A stretch of 64,000 nucleotides of DNA, from the NCBI GenBank assembly GCA_016930675.1, contig JAFGGG010000021.1, positions 38,905 through 102,904 of the forward strand, read 5' to 3'. Of this stretch, positions 17,769-27,073 are shown piece by piece. The notes below the pieces were generated by a model. It did no database searches, was not told the origin of the DNA, and was given only the letters and a program-made list of their open reading frames with translations. This stretch comes from Spirochaetales bacterium. GTDB taxonomy: Bacteria; Spirochaetota; Spirochaetia; SZUA-6; RPPD01. The translations under genes and the position numbers were made by a program. Position 1 is the stretch's first letter; each line of letters starts with the position of its first letter.

Positions 17769-18200
17769 ATGGAGCAAACGATAATAAACGACAATAACTG
17801 TTTTTGCTGTGGGGAAAATAATGCACAGGGACTGCACTTACAGTTTACCTATCCCGCCAAAGGCAAAGCACGCACGGAACTATTAATACCTCCCCACTTT
17901 GCCGGCTGGAAGAATATTACTCACGGCGGCCTGTTAAGCATGCTGCTTGATGAGGTAATGGCCCATGCCTGCGGCAGTGACGATCTCTGGGCACTTACCG
18001 CGGAGCTTACCGTGCGATTTTTAAAACCGGTTTCAGTGGGAGAGTCCATAAGCGTGGAAGCTGAAATAACTGAAAAAAAATCACGGCTTATTAGAACCGC
18101 AGGTATTGTAAAGAATAGTAACGGAGAAACAATCGCCAAAGCCAGCGCCCGCTTCTTGGCGGCTCATTCTCAAGCCCGAAAAAAGGACGCTGCGCAATGA
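17769..18200 (+). CDS. PaaI/YbgC-type hotdog-fold thioesterase with N-terminal CxxC
   Basis: Hotdog motif …HGGLLSMLLDEVMAHAC… Its stop overlaps the next gene's start (ATGA). Confidence 0.7.
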   Translation: MEQTIINDNNCFCCGENNAQGLHLQFTYPAKGKARTELLIPPHFAGWKNITHGGLLSMLLDEVMAHACGSDDLWALTAELTVRFLKPVSVGESISVEAEITEKKSRLIRTAGIVKNSNGETIAKASARFLAAHSQARKKDAAQ

Positions 18201-19117
18201 TCATAAAAACACATTTAAAAAACATGACCGCCAAAGCACTCTGCGAATCAATGACCGTAAGAACCATGATCCAGCTGGTACGTGAGTGTATTCATGATTA
18301 CAACCTGCATGAGCAGACGGGATTTCCGCAAAGCATCTCCATCCCCAGTGCCGATGCGGCCAAACAGATAGTGGAAGATGTCTGCAGGCTAAAACTGTTT
18401 CCCCAGTTCGTACAGCTTTTAATTCAGGCGCAGAACCTCGGTTTTAAAGGCAGGAAATACCCCATAGCCTATCTATCGTATATTATTCACGGCATCCAAA
18501 CCCACGGGTATGTGTTCGACAGTGAAAATAATATGTTCATCGAAGATTCCAATCTGCGTAAATCTTTGAACTGGGGAGTATTACGCGAGGGTATCGAGTA
18601 TGATATGACATTCCTGCGCTTCGATATCGCGGGCAACACAAAACTGGTTCGCAGTTATCCGGAAAAAACAATTAAGAAAACGTATCAGGATTTGTTCGAC
18701 ATAGTAACCGCCGCTGTTGAAAAAAGAAACGGCAGGCTCTGGAACCTGCAGGGTGACGGCGGCCTGATTGCATTTTGCTTTTTCAGAAAGGACCAGTCCG
18801 CTGTGTTAAGCGCTGTGGAAAGCCTCCATGAACTCTTTCTTTATAATAAACTGACCTGTCCTTTACATGAACCTTTACAGGTACGCTTTGCCATTCATTG
18901 CGGAGTATATGTTTTCAGTAATAATACCGAGGCATTAAAAAAGAACGAAACCGTAAAGGAGCTTATGGAAATCGAAACCAGATACACAAAGCCCAATTCA
19001 ATTACCATCAGCAATAAAGTCTATATCTCGATCGATAAACGCATGGCGGACCTTTTTCAATCGTTTAATCAAAGATCTCATAACCGGCTTTTTAATTATG
19101 AGCTTTGTTTGGAGTAA
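18197..19117 (+). CDS. Class III nucleotidyl cyclase homology domain protein (partly degenerate catalytic motifs)
   Basis: C-terminal half has FLRFDIAGNTKL (metal Asp), LQGDGGLIAF (second Asp) and VRFAIHCGVYVF. The downstream N…R transition-state motif is not clearly conserved. N-terminal ~130 aa unknown. Confidence 0.5.
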   Translation: MIIKTHLKNMTAKALCESMTVRTMIQLVRECIHDYNLHEQTGFPQSISIPSADAAKQIVEDVCRLKLFPQFVQLLIQAQNLGFKGRKYPIAYLSYIIHGIQTHGYVFDSENNMFIEDSNLRKSLNWGVLREGIEYDMTFLRFDIAGNTKLVRSYPEKTIKKTYQDLFDIVTAAVEKRNGRLWNLQGDGGLIAFCFFRKDQSAVLSAVESLHELFLYNKLTCPLHEPLQVRFAIHCGVYVFSNNTEALKKNETVKELMEIETRYTKPNSITISNKVYISIDKRMADLFQSFNQRSHNRLFNYELCLE

Positions 19118-19120
19118 TAC

Positions 19121-20128
19121 ATGGATATAATGGATATAATCGTATTTTCTGACAATAAAACCATAAAGAAAATATTCTCTAAAATTGAAAAATCCAGAAC
19201 ATATAACCTCAGGTTTTTTCCGCTTTCGGAACTAAAAAAATCAATTCAATGTATAACCAAACAAACACTGCTGTATCTTGATATCTCGACATATACTGAA
19301 AAACAACTTTTTGGACTATTGAACCTTCTGGACAGAACAGATTTTATACGTTTCGGAATAATCGATACCAAAGAAACCGTTAAAGACAAGGCGCAGCTTT
19401 TTTTTAAAGGTGCTTCCGACTATCTCGGCATAAATCAATGTAAAAATGATATTCGTCCGGCCCGTTTAAAAAATATCATAGCATTCAAACCGTTTGCGGA
19501 TATTCCGGACAGACATCAAATCACGCGCGCAAAAGATGCATCTGCGGCCGCCTCCAAGTTGCGCTGTGCCAAAAACTGGGAAAGCATCCAATCCGGTAAT
19601 GAGTATTTGTTTTATATGATGTTTATTGAACTTGACGGCTATCATGAAATCCAACAACGGGTGGGTGAAAAAGCGATAGAGAGGTTGCTGTCTTCTTTTC
19701 AAAAAGTAACCGCAAATTACCTTGTGCATGAAAAAGGCCGCTTATGGATCTGGAATGATTTCGGAGGAATTATTCTTTTTCCTGCGGGCAATAAAATTCA
19801 GGGGATAATCGCGGCATGTATGAGGTTGATGCTGTCCAGAAGACTTATAAGTATTGAACAATGCGCCCAAAAGGTACTGCTTTCTTACCGGATTGTGCTG
19901 CAGACAGGCAGCACCATGTATCATGAAAGAGGAAAAACAGGCAGGATTATATCGGATTCGGTCAACTCACTTTCGCATCTGGGCACTAAATTCGCGCGAC
20001 CCGGTAATTTTTATATAACAGATGATTTATTCACCAAAGCTCCGGAAGCCCTGCAGGAATGTTTTTCCTGCGCAGGTGAGTTTCAGAATACCGCACTTTT
20101 CAGGATGCGGTTACCGGTCAAATATTAG
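19121..20128 (+). CDS. Receiver-like (pseudo-REC) domain fused to class III nucleotidyl cyclase homology domain
   Basis: N-terminal CheY-like fold (DIIVFSDN…LLYLDIS). C-terminal FIELDGY…WNDFGGIILFP…YRIVLQTGS…SDSVNSLSHL, which resembles the GDxVNxAxR motif with Arg changed to His. Confidence 0.5.
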   Translation: MDIMDIIVFSDNKTIKKIFSKIEKSRTYNLRFFPLSELKKSIQCITKQTLLYLDISTYTEKQLFGLLNLLDRTDFIRFGIIDTKETVKDKAQLFFKGASDYLGINQCKNDIRPARLKNIIAFKPFADIPDRHQITRAKDASAAASKLRCAKNWESIQSGNEYLFYMMFIELDGYHEIQQRVGEKAIERLLSSFQKVTANYLVHEKGRLWIWNDFGGIILFPAGNKIQGIIAACMRLMLSRRLISIEQCAQKVLLSYRIVLQTGSTMYHERGKTGRIISDSVNSLSHLGTKFARPGNFYITDDLFTKAPEALQECFSCAGEFQNTALFRMRLPVKY

Positions 20129-20132
20129 GGAA

Positions 20133-20168
20133 ATAAAAAGCCCAAAAGACATGAAGTCTTCAGGGCTT
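20133..20168. terminator. Hairpin terminator between convergent genes
   Basis: aaaAAGCCCaaaagacatgaagtcttcaGGGCTTta with flanking A and T runs. Confidence 0.45.
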
Positions 20169-20196
20169 TAAATAGTAGTATTACGTTGTCCGGCTA

Positions 20197-21108
20197 TTAC
20201 CGTTTCCACGATAAACTGATTTTTTTATCTAAATTTAGAGTTATTCCACCGTACGAGGGATCATTGATGAGGTGCTTTAGTTCATGCGTCGTCGTACAGC
20301 TTCTTATCGATGGAAAAAAACCGTATTTCGCGTTTCCACTTGCCGTTACCGATTTTGCATTATATCTTGTTCTATCAACCACTCCCTGACTGTCACTGAT
20401 TCGAGCACGAATTTTATCAGCAGGGCGTTGACCGTCTGCGTATTCGAGATAATAAGGACTGTGCCAAGCATATAAAAATTGCGTATCAGCCCAATTCCAG
20501 GTGACCCATGGTAACACAACATATTTGGCCACACGCTTCATCCAAAAACCATATACATCCCACTTCCAAAGACCATCGCCTGTGTTTATAGCTACTCCGC
20601 CCAGAAAGGTAGTATGCGCTTTGGGAATATAAAACCTTGTGTATACTCCTGTCCAACTATCCATATACACAATTTCTATAGGTTCAGCTGCTGAAAATTG
20701 AACAGTAGCGTCGGCTGATACAAAACTTTTGTCCTCTAACTTTTCCATCTCTCCGGCTAGCTCTCCCTCGATTATATAATTTCTATACCCGGCGCCAAAT
20801 TCATCCTTTAACAGTTGTACAAGGCGCGTTTTCAACTGATCCATTTCAATGTCCGTTAATTCCACCTCTTGGCTGCTTGATAATAAGTTCTGCCCTCTTT
20901 CCTGACCAAGTACGTCAAGAATGATGCTGTCCGCTTGACTCCGCATTGCTTCCAGCGTTTCTTTCTCTTCGGCAGAGAGTATGATCTCAGTTTCAGCGGT
21001 TGAAACTTGAGATCCCTCTGCTGCATCTGCAACACCTTGAATGCTGCAGTGTACAAACATAAGTCCGAAAAGTATTACCAAACACAAATCTACACCTTTC
21101 ATTTTCAT
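20197..21108 (-). CDS. Secreted hypothetical protein (signal peptide; Trp/Tyr-rich C-terminal domain)
   Basis: ORF with signal peptide MKMKGVDLCLVILFGLMFVHC. No family recognised. Confidence 0.5.
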   Translation of the reverse strand: MKMKGVDLCLVILFGLMFVHCSIQGVADAAEGSQVSTAETEIILSAEEKETLEAMRSQADSIILDVLGQERGQNLLSSSQEVELTDIEMDQLKTRLVQLLKDEFGAGYRNYIIEGELAGEMEKLEDKSFVSADATVQFSAAEPIEIVYMDSWTGVYTRFYIPKAHTTFLGGVAINTGDGLWKWDVYGFWMKRVAKYVVLPWVTWNWADTQFLYAWHSPYYLEYADGQRPADKIRARISDSQGVVDRTRYNAKSVTASGNAKYGFFPSIRSCTTTHELKHLINDPSYGGITLNLDKKISLSWKR

Positions 21109-21301
21109 TGTTTTCTCCTATTCTGAATTAAGATAGTATACGTTTAAGCTATTACAATAATAGCAACACTCTACTTTGATTTACTCTGTATGATGCATAA
21201 AAAACCAATTTGTTGCATGAAAAAAAGTACGAGATTTGAAAGCATGGGGCTGCTGATGTTTTTATTTTTGGTTTATCGGGATTGAGAAAGGCCTATATTT
21301 A

Positions 21302-22864
21302 TCATTCCTCGTAACTTAAGGTGATATCATCAAAATACACTTCTCCCTTGGTAGGGGGCAGATATATAAGGTTGATGGTGATGCTTTTCATATCAGACGC
21401 CAAGGGTTGGAAAAAGCTGAGTGAATATTCGGTCCAGTCCTGAGAGCTCCTGATAATCCTTATACCCTGGGTAATAACAAACATCTCCGCTTCACCGCTG
21501 GGCGTACGTGTATCATCGGCACGCAAGATAAGACAGATGCCCTGACCCGTAACTTTTTCTGTTTTAACAAAGACTTTAAGTGTAAGTTGTTTACCAAAGG
21601 GTAGATTTTCGGTTAATGTATAACTCCAGGCGTACATCTTGCTACTCTGAGTAGCCGAAGCTATTTTTATTGACTTATTACCTGTATGAGCTGCATCATC
21701 GGTCCATGAGAATACATCTGCGCTTTCAGATTTATACCACCCGTCCGGAATACCAACTCCTTTTTCAACTCCCGCATTTGTGGGAAGATATACTGTTCCT
21801 CTATGTTTGTGTTCTTCCGCCTCTGCTCTCGAAGCTTCGGAATCAGCTGCGCTTCCCGACAGTTCCGCTTTTGGTTCATCTTTACTTTTAACTTCTGCAT
21901 CACCCTGCAGACCGTTCGGTGTAAATGCTTCAGGATCTATAACCTCTTTAATATCAGCCAATATTCGTCTAAAACTGATTTCCTTTTCACGCTTATCAAT
22001 ATCAGGATTCAAGTGAACGTCCAAAATCTGATCCAGTAGATCCTGCACCCTGTTATTACGCGTGGCGATCTGTTCATTATTGATTTGCAACTCCTGCTCT
22101 TTATCTATAGTAATTTCAGCAGCAGCAAACAGCTCGCCCAGTTCTTTGGCAATTACGGATACTGTTTCTTTTATTGATATTACTTTATCTTCCGCTCTAT
22201 AGTAATTATCTACTTGAACTGTACCTTCATGCACCTTGATCACAACATCTTTGTTATCCAAAACTTCCACACTAAACTTTGTACCGTATACTCTTATGCG
22301 GGTATAATCTGTGAGTACCTCAAACAGTGAATCCTTACCTGGCATTTCAACCGAGCATTCAATTTTACCTTTACTAAGAAACAGCGAGCTGTTTTCTGCC
22401 ATATCACCATATTCCAAAGCACGCAGTTCAATTTGACTTGACTCCAGAAGTTTCATCTGTGTGTTCTTTCCCATAGTACAGGTGAGAGTACTATCCTCTT
22501 CAGAAGAGAAGACTGTACCCTTTTTATATTCCCTTTGCTCCAGCACCTTTCCGGCTTCCGTATCTACAGGTGTTCTCTCATAGACCGTACCTTGGATTGA
22601 TACTACAGTAACCGTCGATTCAGGTCTCCAGACGCCGCGCAGTATAAAAAACAGTCCGAAAATCAGAATAAAAACCGCGGCCACGGGCAGCGCATACTTT
22701 ATTAAAGGAAAAGCAAGTATATTTTTAGGTTTGTACCTTGGTTCTATTTCGGCGGCAAGCAGCCGGCGTAAAGCTTTTTCATGAGTTGTATTATCCACTT
22801 CCGGGATGCGGAGATTCCTTAAATGTCTGTCTATTCCCTTCAGTTCCTTATCCATATTATTCAA
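21302..22864 (-). CDS. FecR-like anti-sigma factor with single TM and C-terminal carbohydrate-binding-module-like domain
   Basis: Starts 8 nt inside the upstream ECF sigma gene (coupled). One TM (YALPVAAVFILIFGLFFIL). The C-terminal beta-rich domain resembles a CBM/galactose-binding-like fold. Confidence 0.6.
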   Translation of the reverse strand: MNNMDKELKGIDRHLRNLRIPEVDNTTHEKALRRLLAAEIEPRYKPKNILAFPLIKYALPVAAVFILIFGLFFILRGVWRPESTVTVVSIQGTVYERTPVDTEAGKVLEQREYKKGTVFSSEEDSTLTCTMGKNTQMKLLESSQIELRALEYGDMAENSSLFLSKGKIECSVEMPGKDSLFEVLTDYTRIRVYGTKFSVEVLDNKDVVIKVHEGTVQVDNYYRAEDKVISIKETVSVIAKELGELFAAAEITIDKEQELQINNEQIATRNNRVQDLLDQILDVHLNPDIDKREKEISFRRILADIKEVIDPEAFTPNGLQGDAEVKSKDEPKAELSGSAADSEASRAEAEEHKHRGTVYLPTNAGVEKGVGIPDGWYKSESADVFSWTDDAAHTGNKSIKIASATQSSKMYAWSYTLTENLPFGKQLTLKVFVKTEKVTGQGICLILRADDTRTPSGEAEMFVITQGIRIIRSSQDWTEYSLSFFQPLASDMKSITINLIYLPPTKGEVYFDDITLSYEE

Positions 22865-23375
22865 CCTGCAATCGCTCCTTAAGTTTTTTTAAACTCCTGT
22901 GTATCATTGAACGCAGCGTTGTCTCTTTTATATTTACGATTTCGGCTATTTCCGCATAGGATTTCTGTTCAAAGTAGTAAAGCTCTATTACAAGCGCTTC
23001 CTGCGGTTTCAATTTTTTTAACTCCTGCCTTACGGCCATAAAATCAACATACATGTCGGGGGCAACGCTTTTCTGCTCTACCAAAACAGTTTTTAATTGA
23101 TCCTGCTCCTCTTCAATACTAAACGTATTCTTTGTCCCCTTCTTTCTATGATGCATAAGAATCTCATTTGTTGCAATCTTATAGATCCAGGCGTTAAAAT
23201 TGTTAATATCCGGTGTGTTCTTTTTCACATGACGCAGGGCTTTAAAAAAAGTCTGTGAAGTAAGATCTTCCGCGGTTTCTCTGTGAAACACATGGCGCAA
23301 GATAAAATTGAATATTTTTTTATAGAATTTATCATAGTAGCTTAAGAATTCATGTTCATAAATAACCGGTGACAC
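22857..23375 (-). CDS. ECF (sigma-70 family) RNA polymerase sigma factor
   Basis: Region 2 and region 4 motifs are present (…FKALRHV…, …YYFEQKSYAEIAEIVNIKETTLRSMIHRSLKKL). Confidence 0.8.
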   Translation of the reverse strand: MSPVIYEHEFLSYYDKFYKKIFNFILRHVFHRETAEDLTSQTFFKALRHVKKNTPDINNFNAWIYKIATNEILMHHRKKGTKNTFSIEEEQDQLKTVLVEQKSVAPDMYVDFMAVRQELKKLKPQEALVIELYYFEQKSYAEIAEIVNIKETTLRSMIHRSLKKLKERLQVE

Positions 23376-23393
23376 TAGATATCCTTTTTATGG

Positions 23394-24206
23394 TTAACGT
23401 TCCCTAATCTCCACTCCGCCGTCGTTTTGCACGGTAATAATATACGTGCTGCCCTCCCGCACACTTATCGGATAGGTAATCTGCCCCTGCAAGGTCTTTA
23501 TCCCGGGAATAATCTCCTGGTTTTCCAGGACAAAATTATATACTGCTTCCGTAATTCCTTGGGGACGCTTGATCGGGTGACGGTTGAAGGTGACCTCCGT
23601 TGCGCTTGACTTTGCCGGATCATAGTGCAGCATGGCGTCGAACCGGTACCAGGTTTTGGCGCCGAAAAAAACCAAAAAATCATCGAAAATAATCAGTTTG
23701 GCCTCAGGAGCAAAGTTTACTCCTTCCGTTACCACAAGTTCTTTTTCACCTGTGGCCAGTGTCAGTTCATATTTAATAATCCCATCCTTGACGGCATCAA
23801 CCCGAACCCGCGCAATTTCTGTTTCACCGGTAAATGCCACAATGGCCTGTAAAAATAGCACTGCCGTAACAATTAAGAGAATAAACAACACCGCAAAGGG
23901 TATCCCGAACAGTCTTTTGAAGCGCAAAGCCAAAAAGAAAATTCCTGACATAATAAGAAAGAAAAAAAGCAGGGCTACCGGATCTTTAACAAACTTATCC
24001 AGGCCGGGCACAAACAGGGAACACAACAGGGTAATAAAACCGCAAACCAGAAAAAGCATAATCAGCGCCCGCTTGCTTTCCTTGGCCCGTACCGGATCCT
24101 TGGCTTTTTTAGTGGAACGCATGAGTTTATTTAAGGCGGCTCCCGTAAAAATAGCCGCTATAAACAGCCATGGGTAAGGACTTATAAAGAAAACACTAAA
24201 AATCAT
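23394..24206 (-). CDS. Membrane protein (4 TM) with C-terminal soluble domain; start corrected to the ATG at 24206
   Basis: The track ORF extends to 24611 and would overlap the carboxypeptidase gene by 415 nt. The internal ATG at 24206 (MIFSVFF…) lies 8 nt after the carboxypeptidase stop. Confidence 0.55.
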   Translation of the reverse strand: MIFSVFFISPYPWLFIAAIFTGAALNKLMRSTKKAKDPVRAKESKRALIMLFLVCGFITLLCSLFVPGLDKFVKDPVALLFFFLIMSGIFFLALRFKRLFGIPFAVLFILLIVTAVLFLQAIVAFTGETEIARVRVDAVKDGIIKYELTLATGEKELVVTEGVNFAPEAKLIIFDDFLVFFGAKTWYRFDAMLHYDPAKSSATEVTFNRHPIKRPQGITEAVYNFVLENQEIIPGIKTLQGQITYPISVREGSTYIITVQNDGGVEIRER

Positions 24207-25713
24207 AGAGTGTTCCGAATTTTTTTTGTAGATATTCGATAAAAAAGCGCGGATTAAGCTTTTCCCCTGTAACGCGCCGGCACAATTCTCCCGCCGGATA
24301 GACTGCTCCGTGGCTGTGTATATTTTCCAAAAGCCATGTTCGTACAGGTTTAAGATTACCCTGCTCAAGCTCTTGTTCCAATTCAGGTTGTTCCTTACAA
24401 AGTGTTTCAAAAAATTGCGCGGCGTAGAGATTGCCCAGGGTATAGGTGGGGAAATATCCGAAAGCCCCCATCGACCAATGAATGTCCTGCAGGCACCCTT
24501 GCGCATGGTTATCAGGCTCAATCCCCAATAGGTTTTTGGATTCCTGGTCCCAGGCTTGAGGCAGATCCTGCACTTTAAGCTCCCCGGATATGAGTTTCTT
24601 TTCCAACTCAAAACGCAAAATGATATGAAGATTATAGGTTACCTCATCGGCCTCCACCCGGACAAGTGACGGCTTTACCGCGTTTATGGCCCGATAAAAT
24701 TGCTCGTACTCTACGTTCTTAAGCGTATCCGGAAAGAACTGTTTCAACTGCGGAAAAAATCCCTTCCAGAAAGCAAGGCTTCTTCCCACCATGTTCTCCC
24801 ACAGGCGCGACTGTGATTCATGAATACCCAATGAAGCGGCATTACCCAACAGCGTTCCCTTAAGCTCCTGACCGAATCCCAGTTCATACAGCCCATGCCC
24901 GCACTCATGAATGGTACCGAAGAGCGCCGTGGGAAAAAACCTTTCGTTATAACGGGTGGTCAGCCTGATATCATCCGCTCCCAAAGTTGTGGTAAAGGGA
25001 TGAGCCGAAACATCGAGTCTGCCGCGCTCAAATTCAAAATTCATGGCCTTAAGCACAAGCAGATTAAACTCAAGCTGTTTATGCTCCGGAAAAACCGCGG
25101 CTAATACCGTCTCGTCCGGTTTTTGCTTAGAAGCCACAATCTGCTGCACCAACCGCACCAAAGGTTCTTTCAAACTGCTGAATACCTGTTCCACTTCCTT
25201 AGTGGTCATCCAGGGCTCATATTCATCAAGCAGTGGATCGTACACAGAATCCTTATACCCCAAACAGTCCGCGACCTGTTTTAATAACGTGATTATTTTT
25301 TCCAGATGCGGCTGGAACAGCTTGAAATCCGAATCCTTACGTGCATTGATCCACACACCCTGGGCAATGCTTGTTGTTTTGGCCATTTCCACTACCAAGC
25401 TTTGCGGTATTTTAACGGCGCGGTTATATCTTCGGAACAGTTCCCGGATAAAAGCGCGGTCCAGTTCCGCAAGCCCGGCATTACCCATTGCAGTCGCGGC
25501 CGTGGCCCCCAGATTATTCAAAAGCTCCCCGCACCTGGGATCGGTCATCTTGCTGTGAATCATACCCTGTAAAAGCGCGATCTGCTCCGAGCGCTCCTGC
25601 AATGCTTTGACAGGCATATACGTCTCCTGATCCCATCCTAAAAGCGCTCCTGTATGAGCAAGCAGTACTATCTCTTTATCCATCTCCTTTAATTGCTTCA
25701 AGGCTTTTTCCAC
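24196..25713 (-). CDS. Carboxypeptidase Taq-type (M32) metallopeptidase
   Basis: HExxH in an M32 context (IHECGHGLYE), DxRxT motif, 505 aa. Confidence 0.85.
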   Translation of the reverse strand: MEKALKQLKEMDKEIVLLAHTGALLGWDQETYMPVKALQERSEQIALLQGMIHSKMTDPRCGELLNNLGATAATAMGNAGLAELDRAFIRELFRRYNRAVKIPQSLVVEMAKTTSIAQGVWINARKDSDFKLFQPHLEKIITLLKQVADCLGYKDSVYDPLLDEYEPWMTTKEVEQVFSSLKEPLVRLVQQIVASKQKPDETVLAAVFPEHKQLEFNLLVLKAMNFEFERGRLDVSAHPFTTTLGADDIRLTTRYNERFFPTALFGTIHECGHGLYELGFGQELKGTLLGNAASLGIHESQSRLWENMVGRSLAFWKGFFPQLKQFFPDTLKNVEYEQFYRAINAVKPSLVRVEADEVTYNLHIILRFELEKKLISGELKVQDLPQAWDQESKNLLGIEPDNHAQGCLQDIHWSMGAFGYFPTYTLGNLYAAQFFETLCKEQPELEQELEQGNLKPVRTWLLENIHSHGAVYPAGELCRRVTGEKLNPRFFIEYLQKKFGTLYDF

Positions 25714-25733
25714 TGCACCCTCCTCTGTTATCT

Positions 25734-27065
25734 TTAATAATCATACGTACTTCCGCCGATAAACTCCCGCAGTAATGAATCGGCCGGAATAATACTCTCA
25801 TCTTGCCAGGCCGGGAGTCCATCAAACAAGCGGTCAAGTCTGAGCGCCCTTTCATAGGCGTCTTCCATGTTTATATCATCCTGTAATTCCTTAATATACT
25901 TCGGCAGATAACCGGCCAACCGCTGCTTCATCACCGGCAGTTCATAAGCTAAATAACTGTTTACAATCACGTCAACTTCATCTATTTTTGAAACAATATA
26001 ACGCAGTTCCGAACGGCGTACATGATGCCAGTGCTTAATTGTGGTAAGCGGATCATAATTACGAAACTGCATATCACGCACCATGCGCCGGCACATCCTG
26101 ACATCGGTCCAACGGATAAATTTCATGTCTTTGTCTTTAAGCTGCGACAGGGTCTCAATATATAATCCGAATTTGCAATTTTTTGGAATTCCCTTTGTCA
26201 TCTCAGGAAACAGACCGTGCAGAGAATCAATTAGGATTATGCCGTTTTTGGGCAGAGTAATCTTCGCGGCCACACCCCGACGTTTCCCCGTTTTAAAATC
26301 ATAATAGGGAATCTGAATGGTTTCTCCTCCGATTAATGATTTCAGATGTTTATTCACAAGCTCTAAATCAATGGCCTGGGGAGTTTCAAAATCATAATCA
26401 CCGTGGCTGTCTTTGGGATGAAGATCAAGATCGAAAAAATAATTATCGATGTTTAGCGCAACCAGCTCATACCCTAACACCTTAAGGCTTTTTATCAGCT
26501 TGATTGTCGTAGTGGTTTTACCGGAAGCCGAAGGTCCGGCTATAATAATGATCTTTAATTCCTTTAATCGTGCTTTTATCTTTAAGAATGCCCGCTCGAT
26601 TTCCTCGTTGTAAAAAGACTCGGCAGCTTCCAGCAGCTTTCCGAAATCACCCTTTTCCGCGATCCTGCATAGCTGGTCTACCGAAACACATCTATTGTCT
26701 ACAGCCCAGGATAATGCCTGCCACAGTTTATGGTAAGGTACATTATCTCTGGAATAGGCAAGGCTTTGTCTGCCTGCTCTTTTTAAGGTGTGCTCATACC
26801 TGTAAACAATATAGGCTTTGGCGGTTTTTGCATGACCGCGCTCTATAAGGCACTTTTCCACAATATCCTGTACTTCTTCAACCGTGGGATAACTGCCGTG
26901 ATAGTCACGCTTTTCAAGCATTGCTACTACGTCATCCGCCACGATCTCCGCGGTTTTTCTATCCCTGCCGCCCACCGCTATCGCAGCCTGGAGAATAGCA
27001 AACACAATCTTCTCCTTATCAAAGGGAACAATTCTGCCGTCACGTTTGACAATTTTTTTAATCAT
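25734..27065 (-). CDS. ATP-cone domain fused to uridine kinase/phosphoribulokinase-family P-loop kinase
   Basis: N-terminal MIKKIVKRDGRIVPFDKEKI (ATP-cone), then a Walker A motif IIIAGPSASGKTT. The preferred start is the ATG at 27065, 8 nt after the thrS stop. The track start at 27122 would overlap thrS. Confidence 0.7.
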   Translation of the reverse strand: MIKKIVKRDGRIVPFDKEKIVFAILQAAIAVGGRDRKTAEIVADDVVAMLEKRDYHGSYPTVEEVQDIVEKCLIERGHAKTAKAYIVYRYEHTLKRAGRQSLAYSRDNVPYHKLWQALSWAVDNRCVSVDQLCRIAEKGDFGKLLEAAESFYNEEIERAFLKIKARLKELKIIIIAGPSASGKTTTTIKLIKSLKVLGYELVALNIDNYFFDLDLHPKDSHGDYDFETPQAIDLELVNKHLKSLIGGETIQIPYYDFKTGKRRGVAAKITLPKNGIILIDSLHGLFPEMTKGIPKNCKFGLYIETLSQLKDKDMKFIRWTDVRMCRRMVRDMQFRNYDPLTTIKHWHHVRRSELRYIVSKIDEVDVIVNSYLAYELPVMKQRLAGYLPKYIKELQDDINMEDAYERALRLDRLFDGLPAWQDESIIPADSLLREFIGGSTYDY

Positions 27066-27073
27066 AGCATGTG

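Noticed and set aside
17769-20128. Idea that the thioesterase plus two cyclase-like genes form a Pycsar/CBASS-type antiphage system
   Set aside because: No effector gene (TM, TIR, phospholipase or nuclease) is adjacent. The second protein carries a receiver-like domain, and a cNMP-binding protein lies nearby. A housekeeping signalling module is more parsimonious. Kept as a lower-confidence signalling finding instead.
23394-24611. 405-aa version of the membrane-protein ORF
   Set aside because: Its first 135 codons overlap, out of frame, the well-supported C-terminus of the M32 carboxypeptidase. An internal ATG immediately after the carboxypeptidase stop gives a sensible 271-aa protein.
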